Shown here piece by piece: positions 14,105-26,708 of a stretch of 64,000 nucleotides of DNA. A program made the translations under genes and the position numbers. The notes beneath the pieces were generated by a model that was given only the letters and a program-made list of their open reading frames with translations, did no database searches and was not told the DNA's origin. This DNA comes from Octopus sinensis. Its lineage: Eukaryota. Where the stretch lies: assembly GCF_006345805.1 (NCBI RefSeq), contig NC_042997.1, forward strand, positions 35,712,001 to 35,776,000, written 5' to 3'. The number at the start of each line of letters is the position of its first letter. Position 1 is the stretch's first letter.

Positions 14105-14105
<1 letters not shown>
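13762..14105 (+). mobile_element. Non-autonomous Helitron-like element, copy 2 (shorter)
   Basis: TCTAGGATCTCGGGCATC..CCGATTTCGCTCAAATTCGATATGTAGAT and TTTTGCTGGTGTCTCAAA..ACAACTCAGCACC are shared with copy 1. Hairpin CCGTCC-ACT-GGACGG at 14072-14086; ends CTCG|T. Confidence 0.6.
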
Positions 14106-14149
<44 letters not shown>

Positions 14150-14152
<3 letters not shown>

Positions 14153-14395
14153 TTACAGTTCCCAATACAACAATTTTAATAGGCACAACCTTTACAATTT
14201 TCATATTCCAAATTCTTGCAATTTGAAATGTTAAGGAATTGTATTTATTATTGTAATAATTATTTTCTGTTTTGGTTTTCTTCGTCATTATTTACAATCC
14301 TGGAATCCAACGGATATGATTGATCAATTAATAAGCAACTTCGCTTTCCCTTGTCTGTTATCGTTATGCCTGGTCCCTTTATTTTTCTTGTCCCT
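14150..14395 (-). mobile_element. R4/Dong-clade non-LTR retrotransposon, RLE endonuclease fragment
   Basis: Minus-strand translation PGITITDKGKRSCLLID..P.D (PD-(D/E)xK-like), then KYNSLTFQIARIWNMKIVKVVPIKIVVLGTV in ORF 13977..14288. Confidence 0.75.
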
Positions 14396-14521
14396 TTAAA
14401 TAGGAAAGACAGTTGTATGTTGTCTCCTCACCTGTGTAAGCCACTCTGCATTTCCTTTATACCTTTCTGCATCATCATCATCATCAGCAGCAGCAGCAGC
14501 AGTAGCAGGAGTAGTAGTAGT

Positions 14522-14589
14522 AGCTTGGATATGGTTACCTAACCATTCATCGACACCTTCGTACCATAAAATAGTCAGTAGTAGTTGTT

Positions 14590-14622
<33 letters not shown>

Positions 14623-14660
14623 ATGATGACGCTGGTGACTTTTCTTCGTCACCTTCGTCG
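14522..14660 (+). mobile_element. Mariner-derived fragment with the same embedded (AGT)n as 11139-11515
   Basis: AGCTTGGATATGGTTACCTAACCATTCATCGACACCTTC..GTCAGT(AGT)n..TTTTCTTCGTCACCTTCGTC matches both flanks of the microsatellite in the mariner. Confidence 0.75.
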
Positions 14661-15739
14661 TTCTAGTATAAAAAAACAGTAGTAATGATCGATGCAGAAC
14701 TAATTTTATTACAACTATTCTGGCTACTATAACTTCTCCTGTTGCAACGACTACTGTCGTGTCTTTTTGCAACTTCTAATATGTTATGTAACAATAATAT
14801 TGGATTGGACGATGGGAATTTTATAAATACTTCATAAAATTTCAGTAACAGAGAAAAATATTTATCCTAATGCGTGATGCATTCCATATTTAGCTGGAAC
14901 AGAGGAAAAATATTTCAATATTTCGCATGTATTTATATTATATCGAAGCTACAATTTGAAAATACGAATGAAATATCGTTATAAAAGGAATGATTATTTA
15001 CAATGTTCCAACAAAAATAAATGCTTACATTTTATACGTTTAGACTTTATTATTACATATTGAGCTAGGAACATATTAACCGGTATTCGTGATGTTTTGA
15101 GGTAGAATGCATGAAAATATATTTATTGTAAACCCACACATTATTAAACACGTATAGTAATGCATTTAGAGCAGAATTCTTTAGAGTGGTGTAGTTAATG
15201 CATTGTGCTTTACGTGTGAACTGAATTTTGGTATTGGTAGAAATTGTGCTTTACACTCTCAAATAGTAAAGAAAAATATTTTCATGACACACTGCACGAC
15301 TACACAAATCCCAACAAATGTTGGTTTATATTCCATTTTGAAGAGTCGGATTTATTTTTTCCATATCGTTCCAACCTGATGTCTTGCTATCCCTGTTCAC
15401 TTCTTTACACATAAAATCTCAAGCATTCGTATCTACTACGTGTATCAGGCGTTGTAGTGTTTGAAAATCGTCCATGCTCATAAAATGTTTATAGACGTAG
15501 CCATTACCAAAGGCACTCCTTGTATTTGTGTTCACAAATAACTCTATGGGCAATTTATCATGCTTCCACTAGTACAGTTCACGTTTCATTAGAATGGCAT
15601 TCATGTACCAGTGTTGTCCTAGTTCGTATATTCAAATTGGCTAGTCTGCATGCAAATAAATGCCCCCTGCCAACAGCTTTTATGTTACACTCCTTTCTCT
15701 TTCTCTCTCTGACATATGCATACGCTCGAGCTCCGTTAA

Positions 15740-16005
15740 GACGCATGTCTTGGTGGTTAGAGCGTCCAGTTTCCGATCGTGAGGTTGTAATTTTCATTCC
15801 CGGACCGGCTTGCTTCTTGTGTTCCTGAGCGAGGAACTATATTTCACTTTACTTCAGTTCCCTCAGCTTTAGAAATGAGTTGCCAGGTCACAGGTGCCAA
15901 GATGTATTGAGCTTTGCCTTTCCCTCGGATAACACCGGTTAGCATGGAGAGTGGAGGAAGGTATGCATGGGCGACTATCAGTCTTCCATAAAAACAACCC
16001 TAAAA
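15740..16005 (+). mobile_element. tRNA-derived SINE, 3'-truncated (family of 50100-50425)
   Basis: TGGTGGTTAGAGCG head, degenerate B-box, CORE-like CCTGAGCGAGGAACTATATTTCAC..CAGCTT..AAATGAGT. The tail 15920-15998 aligns to the reverse complement of 50178-50260. Confidence 0.75.
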
Positions 16006-16009
16006 AACA

Positions 16010-16161
16010 CAAACTGGGACAAGAACGCAAAACATTTAGAAGACGATACAAAAAACACGGACGGGACATTCGAAGCCTTCAATCTTCAGTCAAGAACCAG
16101 ATCATCCTCGCAATTTCGGCTGTATCGTCTTCTAAATGTTTTGCGTTCTTGTCCCAGTTTG
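16010..16161. repeat. Perfect 41-bp inverted repeat with a 70-bp spacer
   Basis: CAAACTGGGACAAGAACGCAAAACATTTAGAAGACGATACA (16010-16050) is the exact reverse complement of 16121-16161. Confidence 0.95.
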
Positions 16162-16172
16162 CATTTTTTTAC

Positions 16173-16206
<34 letters not shown>

Positions 16207-16226
16207 GTAGATAGATATATAGATAT

Positions 16227-17067
16227 TTGAGTGGGTGCCCGAAAGAAACCTGCATTTTTCAATGTTACTTTTATTCACTTAGTTTTACATGTTTACACTA
16301 TTATCGCATTCAGAGTATTCTCCATTTGAAGCAATGTATCGAGATAATGTCGTTTTCTACTGTTAGAAGCAGAGCTGAAAATCTTGCGGAAGGATGTCTT
16401 TCAACGCCTCGGTGGGTTTCTTTTCATCTCTTCTAACTGCAAATCCGTAGCACCAGCTTTCGTCACAAGGACCGAATCAATTTCCTAATATTCTTTCATT
16501 TCACGACACATTCATTCGTAACTGTTTTTCATCTTCTGTGAGCAAGCGAGACGCACATTTTGCAGCAACGCTTTTCATTTGCAATGATTCACACAAACTT
16601 CGTTGGCAGGAGCTCCAGGACACACCAGTCATATGAATTCGTCAGCTGAAATTCAAGATCAGTTCATGAATTTACCTGGTGGTTATTCGTTCGGGAGGTC
16701 GTCGGAATCCCTGAACGACGTTGGTCTTCAAGCGACAAGTGACCATTCCTAAAGGGGGAAAACCACTCCTAAACTTGTGTTTTGATCATGACAACGCGCC
16801 AGTAAATTGGTTGGAGCATGACAACTGTTTTGGCCGACGTTTTGTCGAGCAGAAAACAGAATTTCACGGAAGTAAAGTTTTTCTTTCGTTCCAGCTATTG
16901 CGAAAATAGATGAACAGGGGAGAAACATTGTAAAACATAGACGCACCACGTGATGGTACAACCACACTCGACGACGCCGAACGGCTGACTGATGCCTGAG
17001 TGCCGCATGAAATGGCTTCTAGCGGCCTACAGGGAACGTTTTCCGCTACTTTTCGGTACCTACTCAA
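16227..17067 (-). mobile_element. Internally deleted mariner element
   Basis: Imperfect TIRs TTGAGTGGGTGCCCGAAAG (16227) and CTTTTCGGTACCTACTCAA (ending 17067). Minus strand carries degenerate HTH-region transposase codons (about 16500-16750). Confidence 0.7.
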
Positions 17068-18439
17068 GTGCAAATATATACATATATATGTATATTACGA
17101 TATGGATATGAAGTGCGTACAAGCTTGAAAAGGGGTCAATGTATAACGCGTAATTATAAATACGCAGACTTGACATCGTACTCCGACTTGATAGTTGTAG
17201 TATGATGGTCATTACAATAGCAGACGAATCCTTAGTTCTTAAACTGTGATACTAAATAAACAACATTTTTTTAATTAATTGAAATCTTATCAAGATTAAT
17301 CGTCGCATGATGCAAGCTATACGCGTACTTTCTGCTTCTCAGTGTTTCACGTCCACCTTAGTGTTTTGAGATTTGCATATTGCCAAAAGATAACAAATTG
17401 CAAGGATTGTATAGAAAATATAGTCCTGGTCAAATACCTGCAAGACAAAACAAAATTAATTACAACTTATATAAGTTAAGAACTAAAAATGCTTACACAC
17501 GCATATATATTCATTCAAATACAACTGTAGCAGTATAGATATTCTACTATAAATGAATAATGTCTATCTTCATTATAAACGCATGCATGTACACTCATAG
17601 ACATATGCTCTTATAAGTATGGATATATATACACCTATATATATGAACGTATATATATAGCTAAATTTATACATTTAAACATTCACGCACGCACACACAT
17701 TTATATGCATATATACATTCTTACACAGGCACGCACATATATATCTAAATATATATGTAAAAGTGTGTATACGTATGTAGGTGTGAATATATATGTGTGT
17801 CTGTTTGTGGTTATTTGTATTTACTCCTATATAATTGTGTATGTGTCTACATATGTATGTATAAGCCTGATGAGAATTTGTTACATTTCGTCTGCGAACA
17901 ACTCTTATTGATTTTGCGTGAAAAATGCGAATATCTACAGAAGTAATCAATACATAATGTTATTGATCATTCTATGAGTTTTAAGTCGATAAATTCTTAA
18001 AAAAAAACCCAAAACCAAAAAATAATGCATGCAAAACAACACTTGAAACAGTATGTTCAATAATGGATGTGCGTAAAACATTTTTTTCTCTTTCTACATT
18101 TCACATCGAACTTGCTCTCGTTTGGATACTTTCTTAGTTTTTGACCATTTTAACAAACAAGAAACAAATTAAGAAAGAAGAAGGTTACATTAGAAAAAAA
18201 TATTAAAACAAATAAGAATATATTTCATATTGATTTTGATCGGCCTACTGAAATAGAAATAAATTAATGAATTTTAATTTTTAATTTTCAATTTTTTTTT
18301 TCCAACGTTATCTATCATTTTGCTTTGAATCGCCTATGAGGCAATTGGTAGTGGTAGTTCACATAGTCTCATTATATAGTTTCATTCTCACATACATATG
18401 CATACACATTATTATATTGGCAAACACATACACACTCTT

Positions 18440-18446
18440 GTATATT

Positions 18447-18484
<38 letters not shown>

Positions 18485-18555
18485 CATATATATATATATA
18501 TATACATACATATATATATATATATACATACATATATATATATATATAATATATA

Positions 18556-18586
<31 letters not shown>

Positions 18587-18605
18587 CATACATATATATA
18601 TATAT

Positions 18606-18681
<76 letters not shown>

Positions 18682-18774
18682 GCACAGACACAGACACACA
18701 CACATATGTATATCTATATATATATATATATATACAGGCACAGACACAGACACACACACATATGTATATCTATA

Positions 18775-18810
<36 letters not shown>
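18440..18810. repeat. (TA)n/(CA) compound microsatellite with an internal 43-bp tandem duplication
   Basis: Direct reading; duplicated unit at 18677-18719 and 18733-18775. Confidence 0.93.
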
Positions 18811-18814
<4 letters not shown>

Positions 18815-19355
18815 TACACGTTTGTGTGCGTGCATTGACATTTTCATGTGTGTAAATATCTGCAAAATGTCGGTATGCACTATTTTCGTTAGTTATTTTT
18901 GATTATAATTGTCAATTTTCGTATCCATACAAAATGATATTTTCAAGTCAGATGAAAATACTATAATTGTATTTGCCTTTATTTGTCTTTCTATTTATTC
19001 TATAAATCCGAAACAAATACGTTTTCGAATTCCAAAAGATATGTTATTCCGCTTTCTCTTTGTTTATTTAATATTATCTCATGCTATTCACTCTCAGTTT
19101 TCTTATCTATTTTGATTTTCTCTGAAATGATTCCAGAAAATTCTCCCGTTCACTCTAACTACATGCATTACAAATAAAGATGCAGAACCAAACCCACATA
19201 GATGTATTTATAAGCACATATGTATTTCTACACGTGTATGTGTGTAATACATATAATCACACGCACACACACAGACACACACATATATATATATATATAT
19301 ATACATACATGTGTGTGTATCGTTGTGTGAGTATATATGCATGTCTATGTAGATT

Positions 19356-19407
<52 letters not shown>

Positions 19408-20229
19408 CATGTGTGTGTATCGTTGTGTGAGTATATATGCATGTCTATGTAGATTATATATATATATATATATATATATGTTCAAGTATTGCATGACGCT
19501 GCAGTTAGCTACTTACGCAATAATGGATCAGTTTATGGCTGTAGCTATGCTTCGTAGTTTCGTATTTTGGATTATAATGTTAACTTTTACATTTTCCAAT
19601 AATCGTGACGAAAACTAGAATCAATGTTCTCTTATCTCTTTCCACTTCACTACTGCTGCCTGATGAGCCTATACGTTTATTGCTGTAATTATGAGTGATG
19701 ACATAGTTGAATCAGTGATTGAGCTTTTAAAAATAACCACAATTGAAATGGTATTCTTCTCTTCCCAGAAAAGAGTAAAATTTTGTTATCGAATGTCAGT
19801 CAAACCATGAATCCTTATGTAATTATTTGTTGACAAAATATGTTTCCAACATTCACAGATAACAATGATTACTCATCTATGAAATAAAGATTAGTAGAAC
19901 TCTACAAGTCGTATGAGCAACGCATATCTCAAGAGGTTTATGTTTTAACATGATTTGAATGAGATTAAACATTATTGGACACAATATTATTCTTAAGAAA
20001 TATGTATGCGTGTTGTGACTGCCTCCTCCAGGCATCTCAAAGCGCAAAAGGGAAGGTGAGTCGTTGATTATCAAAATAACAATCCCAGTCACTTTCCATT
20101 CAATAATTTGCAATGGAACAGAATCGATGCATATGCTATACAAATCCGAAGTTGAAGACTAGAGTTACTAAATTAAAAGTAAATAGTTTTAGCTATATAT
20201 TGGTATAACATGCTCCTGGGCAGGTCAAG

Positions 20230-20340
20230 CAACTTAAGCAGCTTTAAACGACTCAAGTATTTTAGTGATATTTATTTTATTGACCGATGTTGGTTGAATC
20301 ACAATGGCAAAATTGGTAAAAATTTAACATTAAATCAAAA
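20230..20340 (-). mobile_element. Old, decayed fragment of the 6195-6428 SINE family
   Basis: The reverse complement resembles TTTGCC..GGTCGATAAATTAAGTACC..GGGGTCGAT. Confidence 0.4.
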
Positions 20341-23077
20341 GGAGTGCAACTTTAAAGCGAAATAGTCCACTGTTTTCTGCAAATTCCGCCTAAACATCAA
20401 AAACGTTATTTAAATAAATAATCAATAATTAATTGATTTATTGACTCTGATAAACAACATCAACAGAATGTTTGAAATATTTCAGGCTCTGTATTTTCCG
20501 GTTGCAAAGCCAAAAAGGCTTGTGTGTCAAGACCCCGGATGGGCAAGTAAATGGACTAAAAAAAAAAAAGAAAGTATGATGGGATAATAGGCAGCTGTTT
20601 TAACATGTAGCATGCCACATTGTTGATACCTTTCGTTAATTGGGTAGATAAGAGCAACAATCATTGCACTAACCGACTCAAGCTTTACTTCTACGTACGA
20701 ATTTCTCTCTCTATCTCTCTTCTCACTCTCTCCTCTCTCACTTCTCACTCTCTCTCTTCTCTCTCTCTCTCTTTCTCTGAATATTTTATCCATACATTGC
20801 TTCTTACATGCTGCTACAATATACACTTATAATCCCATCTTCATTTTTACATTCGTTCACACATATTCTTCCAATCTTCACACAATACTTAACAGAAATG
20901 CAGTTTTGCTGAAAGTGCATTCATATAAATTTGTAATTATTTAGAAGCAATTGAAAATTAAATTACTACCAACAGAATTCTATCATTTTTAATGAACTTG
21001 TGAAGTGAATATATTAAACGGAATGGCCTAAGATTTGGGAAATTTGGGAAATCTCGTACCAAAAAAGATAGAAATGTTGTTTCCGTAAAAGTAGGATGTA
21101 GTAGGTTTCCAGCGACATGTCATATTTCCGGGATGGTCATTAACAAAAAACGATAAGCAAAGAAACGATTTGTTATCTAAAGGAAGATGTAGAAAAAAGC
21201 ATAGCTATTGATATGACGGATGTATATCAATGAACGATTTCTGCTTGGTACAAAGATAAGATACTAAATGATAAATGTAGCATGGTTTCTGGCTTTACTG
21301 GTCGCAGCTAAAACTAATACTATATGCAGATTACGGAACGGAGGAAACTTCTATAGTGTGGGCCAAAATAACCTTGATATTCTATTTTATCATTGCTGTT
21401 GTAATTCATATTAAAACGAAAATACATACTGAATTGCTCACTCAAGTGATATACAGGAAAAATTTCACGACTCAATATCCACACCAGGAAGACGTGAAGA
21501 ATTGTGCTATTTTATTATCAGATGGAATCACTATTAGACAACGTAAAACCCATGACCGGGACAAACTATGGCAAATTTTATAATGATGTGGTCAGTCGTC
21601 ACATCTATGAACAGTATTCTATCTGTCATTAAGTGCTTGTTTATGTTAGTACATAAACAGTAAGCCATATGTAAGTAAGACGTATGTTATGAGCGTTCCG
21701 ATGTTTTATACCGTCAATAAAACTTCTTTCGGTCAGATATTTTTTCCGTGGAACTATATTTTATGAATGAATGGATTTGTGTACCACCTTACTGCGATTG
21801 ATTGGTGAATATATATAGAAAATCTCCTATAGAATTGATGCAACTTCTATTAGTAATGCAGTCACATCTTCCAAAATTATACTTATACTTGTGAACGAGT
21901 AATATTTGTTTTCTCCCCGGGTACACAGTTTCTTGCGTCAGGAATATTCTGTCAACATAACATTTCGAAAAAATCTGAAGATTCGCTCAGTATCATTCCA
22001 TGTCAATATTGTACAATTTTTTGCGTTTATTCAATTACGAAATTACTTCATATCTATATTTCAATAGTTACTGCCAGCAAACAATTTTTTATATATGATT
22101 GTTTGCATAGAGTCTAAAATGCTTTATATACTTTATAAATAGTGGTTGTAATTTCGAAATATGACGTATTATATTCTCAGCGCTCAAAATTTTGGGGAAT
22201 ATTTTTCTTGAATACTGTGTTGATTTTTTTTACCTTATGACATATACAGTTACTAAAATGGTTGCTAAGTGCAGTGCAATGAGACTACCAGGAACGTCAT
22301 GTCAGAATTTAATCATCCATTTTTTTTTTTTTTTTGGTTTTAGCTCAGAAAAACGATGGATTTAGCTGCATTGAGTATATGGTCATATTGATTAAAGTTT
22401 TTATAGTGCATTTATTGCAATAAAATATTTATATTAAAATAGTATCTTTTAATAATACAAGGCAGATGTCTCAATGCTATAATTGATTACAAATTCAATT
22501 ACAGTTATTATGCTAGCAGAATTTCAATTTCTGAATAGCAATTACAAATTTGCATTTAATTTCAATATTGTTTTCATATGTGAAATAATAGTCACACACA
22601 CGCACGCACGCACGCGTACACGCACACAGAGAGGCATGCACAAATACTTATATACATATGAGTAACTATACATATACATATTATGATGCGTTTGTATTTA
22701 TATATATATATATTCTAATATGATACTGTATAGCATTAAATGGAATATGAAATATACCATTTCGTTAGAGAAAATTTGGGGCGTGGACGTAAAGAAAAAC
22801 CACTAGAATCAGCAATTCGTACACGTGCAAGAGTAAAAGCCATGACTGAAAATGACTTTAGGTGAAAGAATTTGCTGAAGTAGCATCTCCAACCAGCAAT
22901 GAATGATAGAATCCGTGAATCCGTTCATTACATATGTGTGTGTATGTGTATGTGCGTATATGCGTGAGTATGTGCGTGCGTGAGTATTTGTATGTGCGCA
23001 TGTGCCTGCATATGTACTATTTTATACGATATATCTATCTATCTATTCATCTATCTATCTATCTGTCTATCTATCTA

Positions 23078-23142
<65 letters not shown>

Positions 23143-23143
<1 letters not shown>

Positions 23144-23345
23144 CGGGAAGGTTTACGAAAATAAACAAAAGACGAAGGCAGGTGGAGTACAAACAAACAA
23201 TTGTATTAGTATGGTGATCAGGAATAGAAATAAAACAAGTCTTTTACGTTTCGAGCCTACGTTCTTGGACAGAAAGATACGCAGAAAAGAAAAAAGGAGA
23301 GAAAAAATGCTGTAGGAGCTAACGGTACGAAAACCTACAAACAAA
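23143..23345 (-). mobile_element. Short repeat, probably Penelope-like terminus, containing a hammerhead-like motif
   Basis: Reverse-complement homolog of 44920-45108; ACGTTTCGAGCCTACG motif; abuts (TA)n. Confidence 0.6.
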
Positions 23346-23724
23346 ATATTTGTCACTTATCATTTATATTTTATTTGTTTCAGTGATTTGACTGAAGCCA
23401 TTTCGTTACAAAAACATAAACACTACAGTTCTCAAGCGGTGGCGGTGGGGAGAGACGCAGAAACAAAGACACACAGAGATAAACATATATATACGTGACA
23501 TACTTCTTTCAGTTTTCGTCAACCAAGTGCAGAGACAAGGCTTTGGTAGACGGAGAGAATAATTTAACACATGAATTAGAAGCAGCGTTAGTGTTATAAA
23601 CATTATCGATAATATGTTCTCAAAGTAGCATCACTGCTCCCTGTTGCGTGGTGGAGATGACTCTCTTAGAGCGGTAGCTGTTAAAACACCCATTGTCATA
23701 GTTAGGCGAAAGCACTCTATAATA

Positions 23725-23845
23725 TATAATATATAATATATATATATATATGTATATATTGAATAATTGTTACTTTATTTCACAGCTAAATTTCCTCTAT
23801 TTACATAATATTGAGGTATATTTCTTTTGTTATCTTACCGTTTTA

Positions 23846-23912
<67 letters not shown>

Positions 23913-23921
23913 ATATATATA

Positions 23922-23969
<48 letters not shown>

Positions 23970-23990
23970 TATATATATTATTATATATAT

Positions 23991-24042
<52 letters not shown>

Positions 24043-24112
24043 ATGTATATATTATATATATGCATATATATATATGTATATATATATTATATATACATAC
24101 ATATATATATAT

Positions 24113-24143
<31 letters not shown>

Positions 24144-24199
24144 TATATATATAATATATATATTATATATATACATATATATATAATATATATATAATA

Positions 24200-24238
<39 letters not shown>

Positions 24239-24240
24239 CA
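23725..24240. repeat. Long degenerate (TA)n/(TATTA) microsatellite
   Basis: Direct reading. Confidence 0.95.
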
Positions 24241-24547
24241 GAAACACGCACACACAAATATATAGAGAAGTCACACGACAGCAAATGAAGATTCCATAAA
24301 TACTATCTGTAATTCTGTATTGACTTAAATGGAAAATTGTCTCCCAAAAAGGACTTCCGTTTAATAAAAAATTATGATGCTTCATACTGAGATGCTTTAC
24401 TTATATTCCTTTAGATGCTAAGCATGATTTAATCTTGGAATTAAATTGTTTTCATCTACTGTCAGGTGACGTTTGGTCATCGCTGTATATATACACACAC
24501 ACACGTGCACAAGTATAAATGTGTGTATGTGGCTTATGCCTGATTTT

Positions 24548-24725
24548 GTCTGCCAACACCTCTTGGCAACCAGTGTTGGTGTGTTTCCCTCCCGGTCACC
24601 TATCGTTTACGGAAAATACATTCCTCAATGCGGAATCCCAGTAATGACTGAAACTAGTGAAAGATAAATGGTATATAAGTTTGTCCTCTCTGTGTTTAGC
24701 CCCTTGTGGGTAGTAAAGGAATAGG
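24548..24725 (+). mobile_element. SINE remnants: deleted copy of the 51869 family followed by the 3' tail of the 6195 family
   Basis: TTGGCAACCAGTGTTGGTGTGTTT and AATGACTGAAACTAGT, then TGTTTAGCCCCTTGTGGGTAGTAAAG. Confidence 0.6.
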
Positions 24726-25451
24726 TATATAAGTACACAAATATATTTAAATATGTGTGTGTTTGTGTGTGTGTATGTGTGTGTGTGTGTGTCTGTGCGT
24801 GTGTGCATCTGTGTGTATTCATTGTATCATAGAATAATTTATATATTCATCATATATATTCATTGTCGATAAAATAATTCATGCATTGAAAGACAAAATG
24901 AAAATTGAGAAGGCGAGGAAATGATTTGCGTGAACTTATTGTATAAAAATTGCATGCCGACTGACAATATAATACGTCCAAGGGACATTATATAAACATT
25001 TGTAAATATACACCTATACAATCCAGTTTTATAAAATTTCTAGGGCCCATATTTCGCCGCGAGCATTTTCGTAATTTTCAGCAATGGATACATTATTTTT
25101 TAATTTTATTTATATTTTAATTAATATTTTTAATATATTATCTTTATTACTGAAATGTTTGTGGCTGATGGTCTTTCTGCTTTATTATTATTAATTTTAT
25201 TTTCGTAGTAGTATATTATTTATATTATTGCTTTTTGAAATCGTAATTCATATTATGAGTATTAATATTCTTATTATTGTTATACTTGTTATTAACAAAA
25301 TATGATAGACTGAAAACATTTTGCTAGAAGTATTTAAATACAATAGTTCTATTATAGTGGTGTTCACTGCCTTGTAATTCAGCCCTAATTAAATTGTTCA
25401 AAATGGCAATGATTTATTGCTAACATAACGTATGAATCAATCAGTCAATCA

Positions 25452-25457
25452 ATAATG

Positions 25458-25502
<45 letters not shown>

Positions 25503-25527
25503 TAATAATAATATAATAATAATAATA

Positions 25528-25580
<53 letters not shown>

Positions 25581-25585
25581 CATAA
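25452..25585. repeat. (AAT)n microsatellite
   Basis: Direct reading. Confidence 0.95.
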
Positions 25586-26288
25586 TAACAACAACAAGTA
25601 TGGACATATCAGACCAAAACAACAACATTCTCATAAGTAGACAAAGTGTTTTAGTAATTATATACTGTATGTGAAATGTATGTAGATGGCGGAGAAAGAT
25701 AAAGGGAAATAAAATATTCATCAGGAAACTATGATTGAATATATAATTGTCCTAAACATATCAACAAAAATAGGCTTTTCGCCAGACATTCTATTATATA
25801 AAGGAAGACAAAAATATAATAAGTGAAAATTTTAATATCTGAAGTATAGAAGAAAAACAATTAGATGGAGAGAAAATAATATGTGCAGTAATATATTTGA
25901 AGAATTAATTCTAAACCTTATATTGTAACAAGTTCAAAAATTTCAGTTGCGATTATATTCATTGAAATTCTCTGAAGCTGGGTAAATTTTATTTTTTATT
26001 ATTCATAATTGTTTGGCAATATATTTTTCATCAGCATTATATAAGTAATCATTAAGTATAATGATTATGTTACATAGACAGGATAAGGTTTTGCAGAACG
26101 TGGTTATTTGTGTACCGAAGAAACACAAGCATACTATTTATCAATAAATAATTATGTCAGTATTTTGGATATTTGAAATAAAGATTCAAAGCGGAGAGAA
26201 AGCTTCAAAATGCCGACGTAACGTATTTATTCTAACTCAATATACAATGCGGAACCGCCTTCTCCGAATACAGTCGCTGCTGGTGCTG

Positions 26289-26447
<159 letters not shown>

Positions 26448-26668
26448 AGGACCATATCACTAGCCTCTAAGGGCCATGGTCAAATAAGATCACCATCTCA
26501 CGCACATGCACATGTGGTTGTGAAGCATGTGCTTGGTATACCCTTATCAGACAGGGTGTCATGATGGGTATATTAGGCTTCGTATATTTGACACGTGTCT
26601 CACTGCTCTCTCTCTCTCTCTCTCTCTCTCTCTAAATAATAACCACAACAACAACAATAATAATAATG

Positions 26669-26708
<40 letters not shown>

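Noticed and set aside
16068-16098. Hammerhead-like CUGAAGA..GAAGGCUUC GAAUGUC (minus strand; also about 5105-5135 plus)
   Set aside because: No stem I complementarity, no A15.1/C15.2 helix III, and two extra bases before stem II.
25590-26250. Possible decayed R4/Dong zinc-knuckle or RLE segment between (AAT)n tracts
   Set aside because: Similarity (e.g. VFWIFEIKIQ versus ILWDF.IQ) is too weak to support by eye.
26537-26572. Short imperfect hairpin TATACCC..GGGTATA
   Set aside because: Only 7 perfect bp plus a gapped extension; unremarkable without copy-number data.
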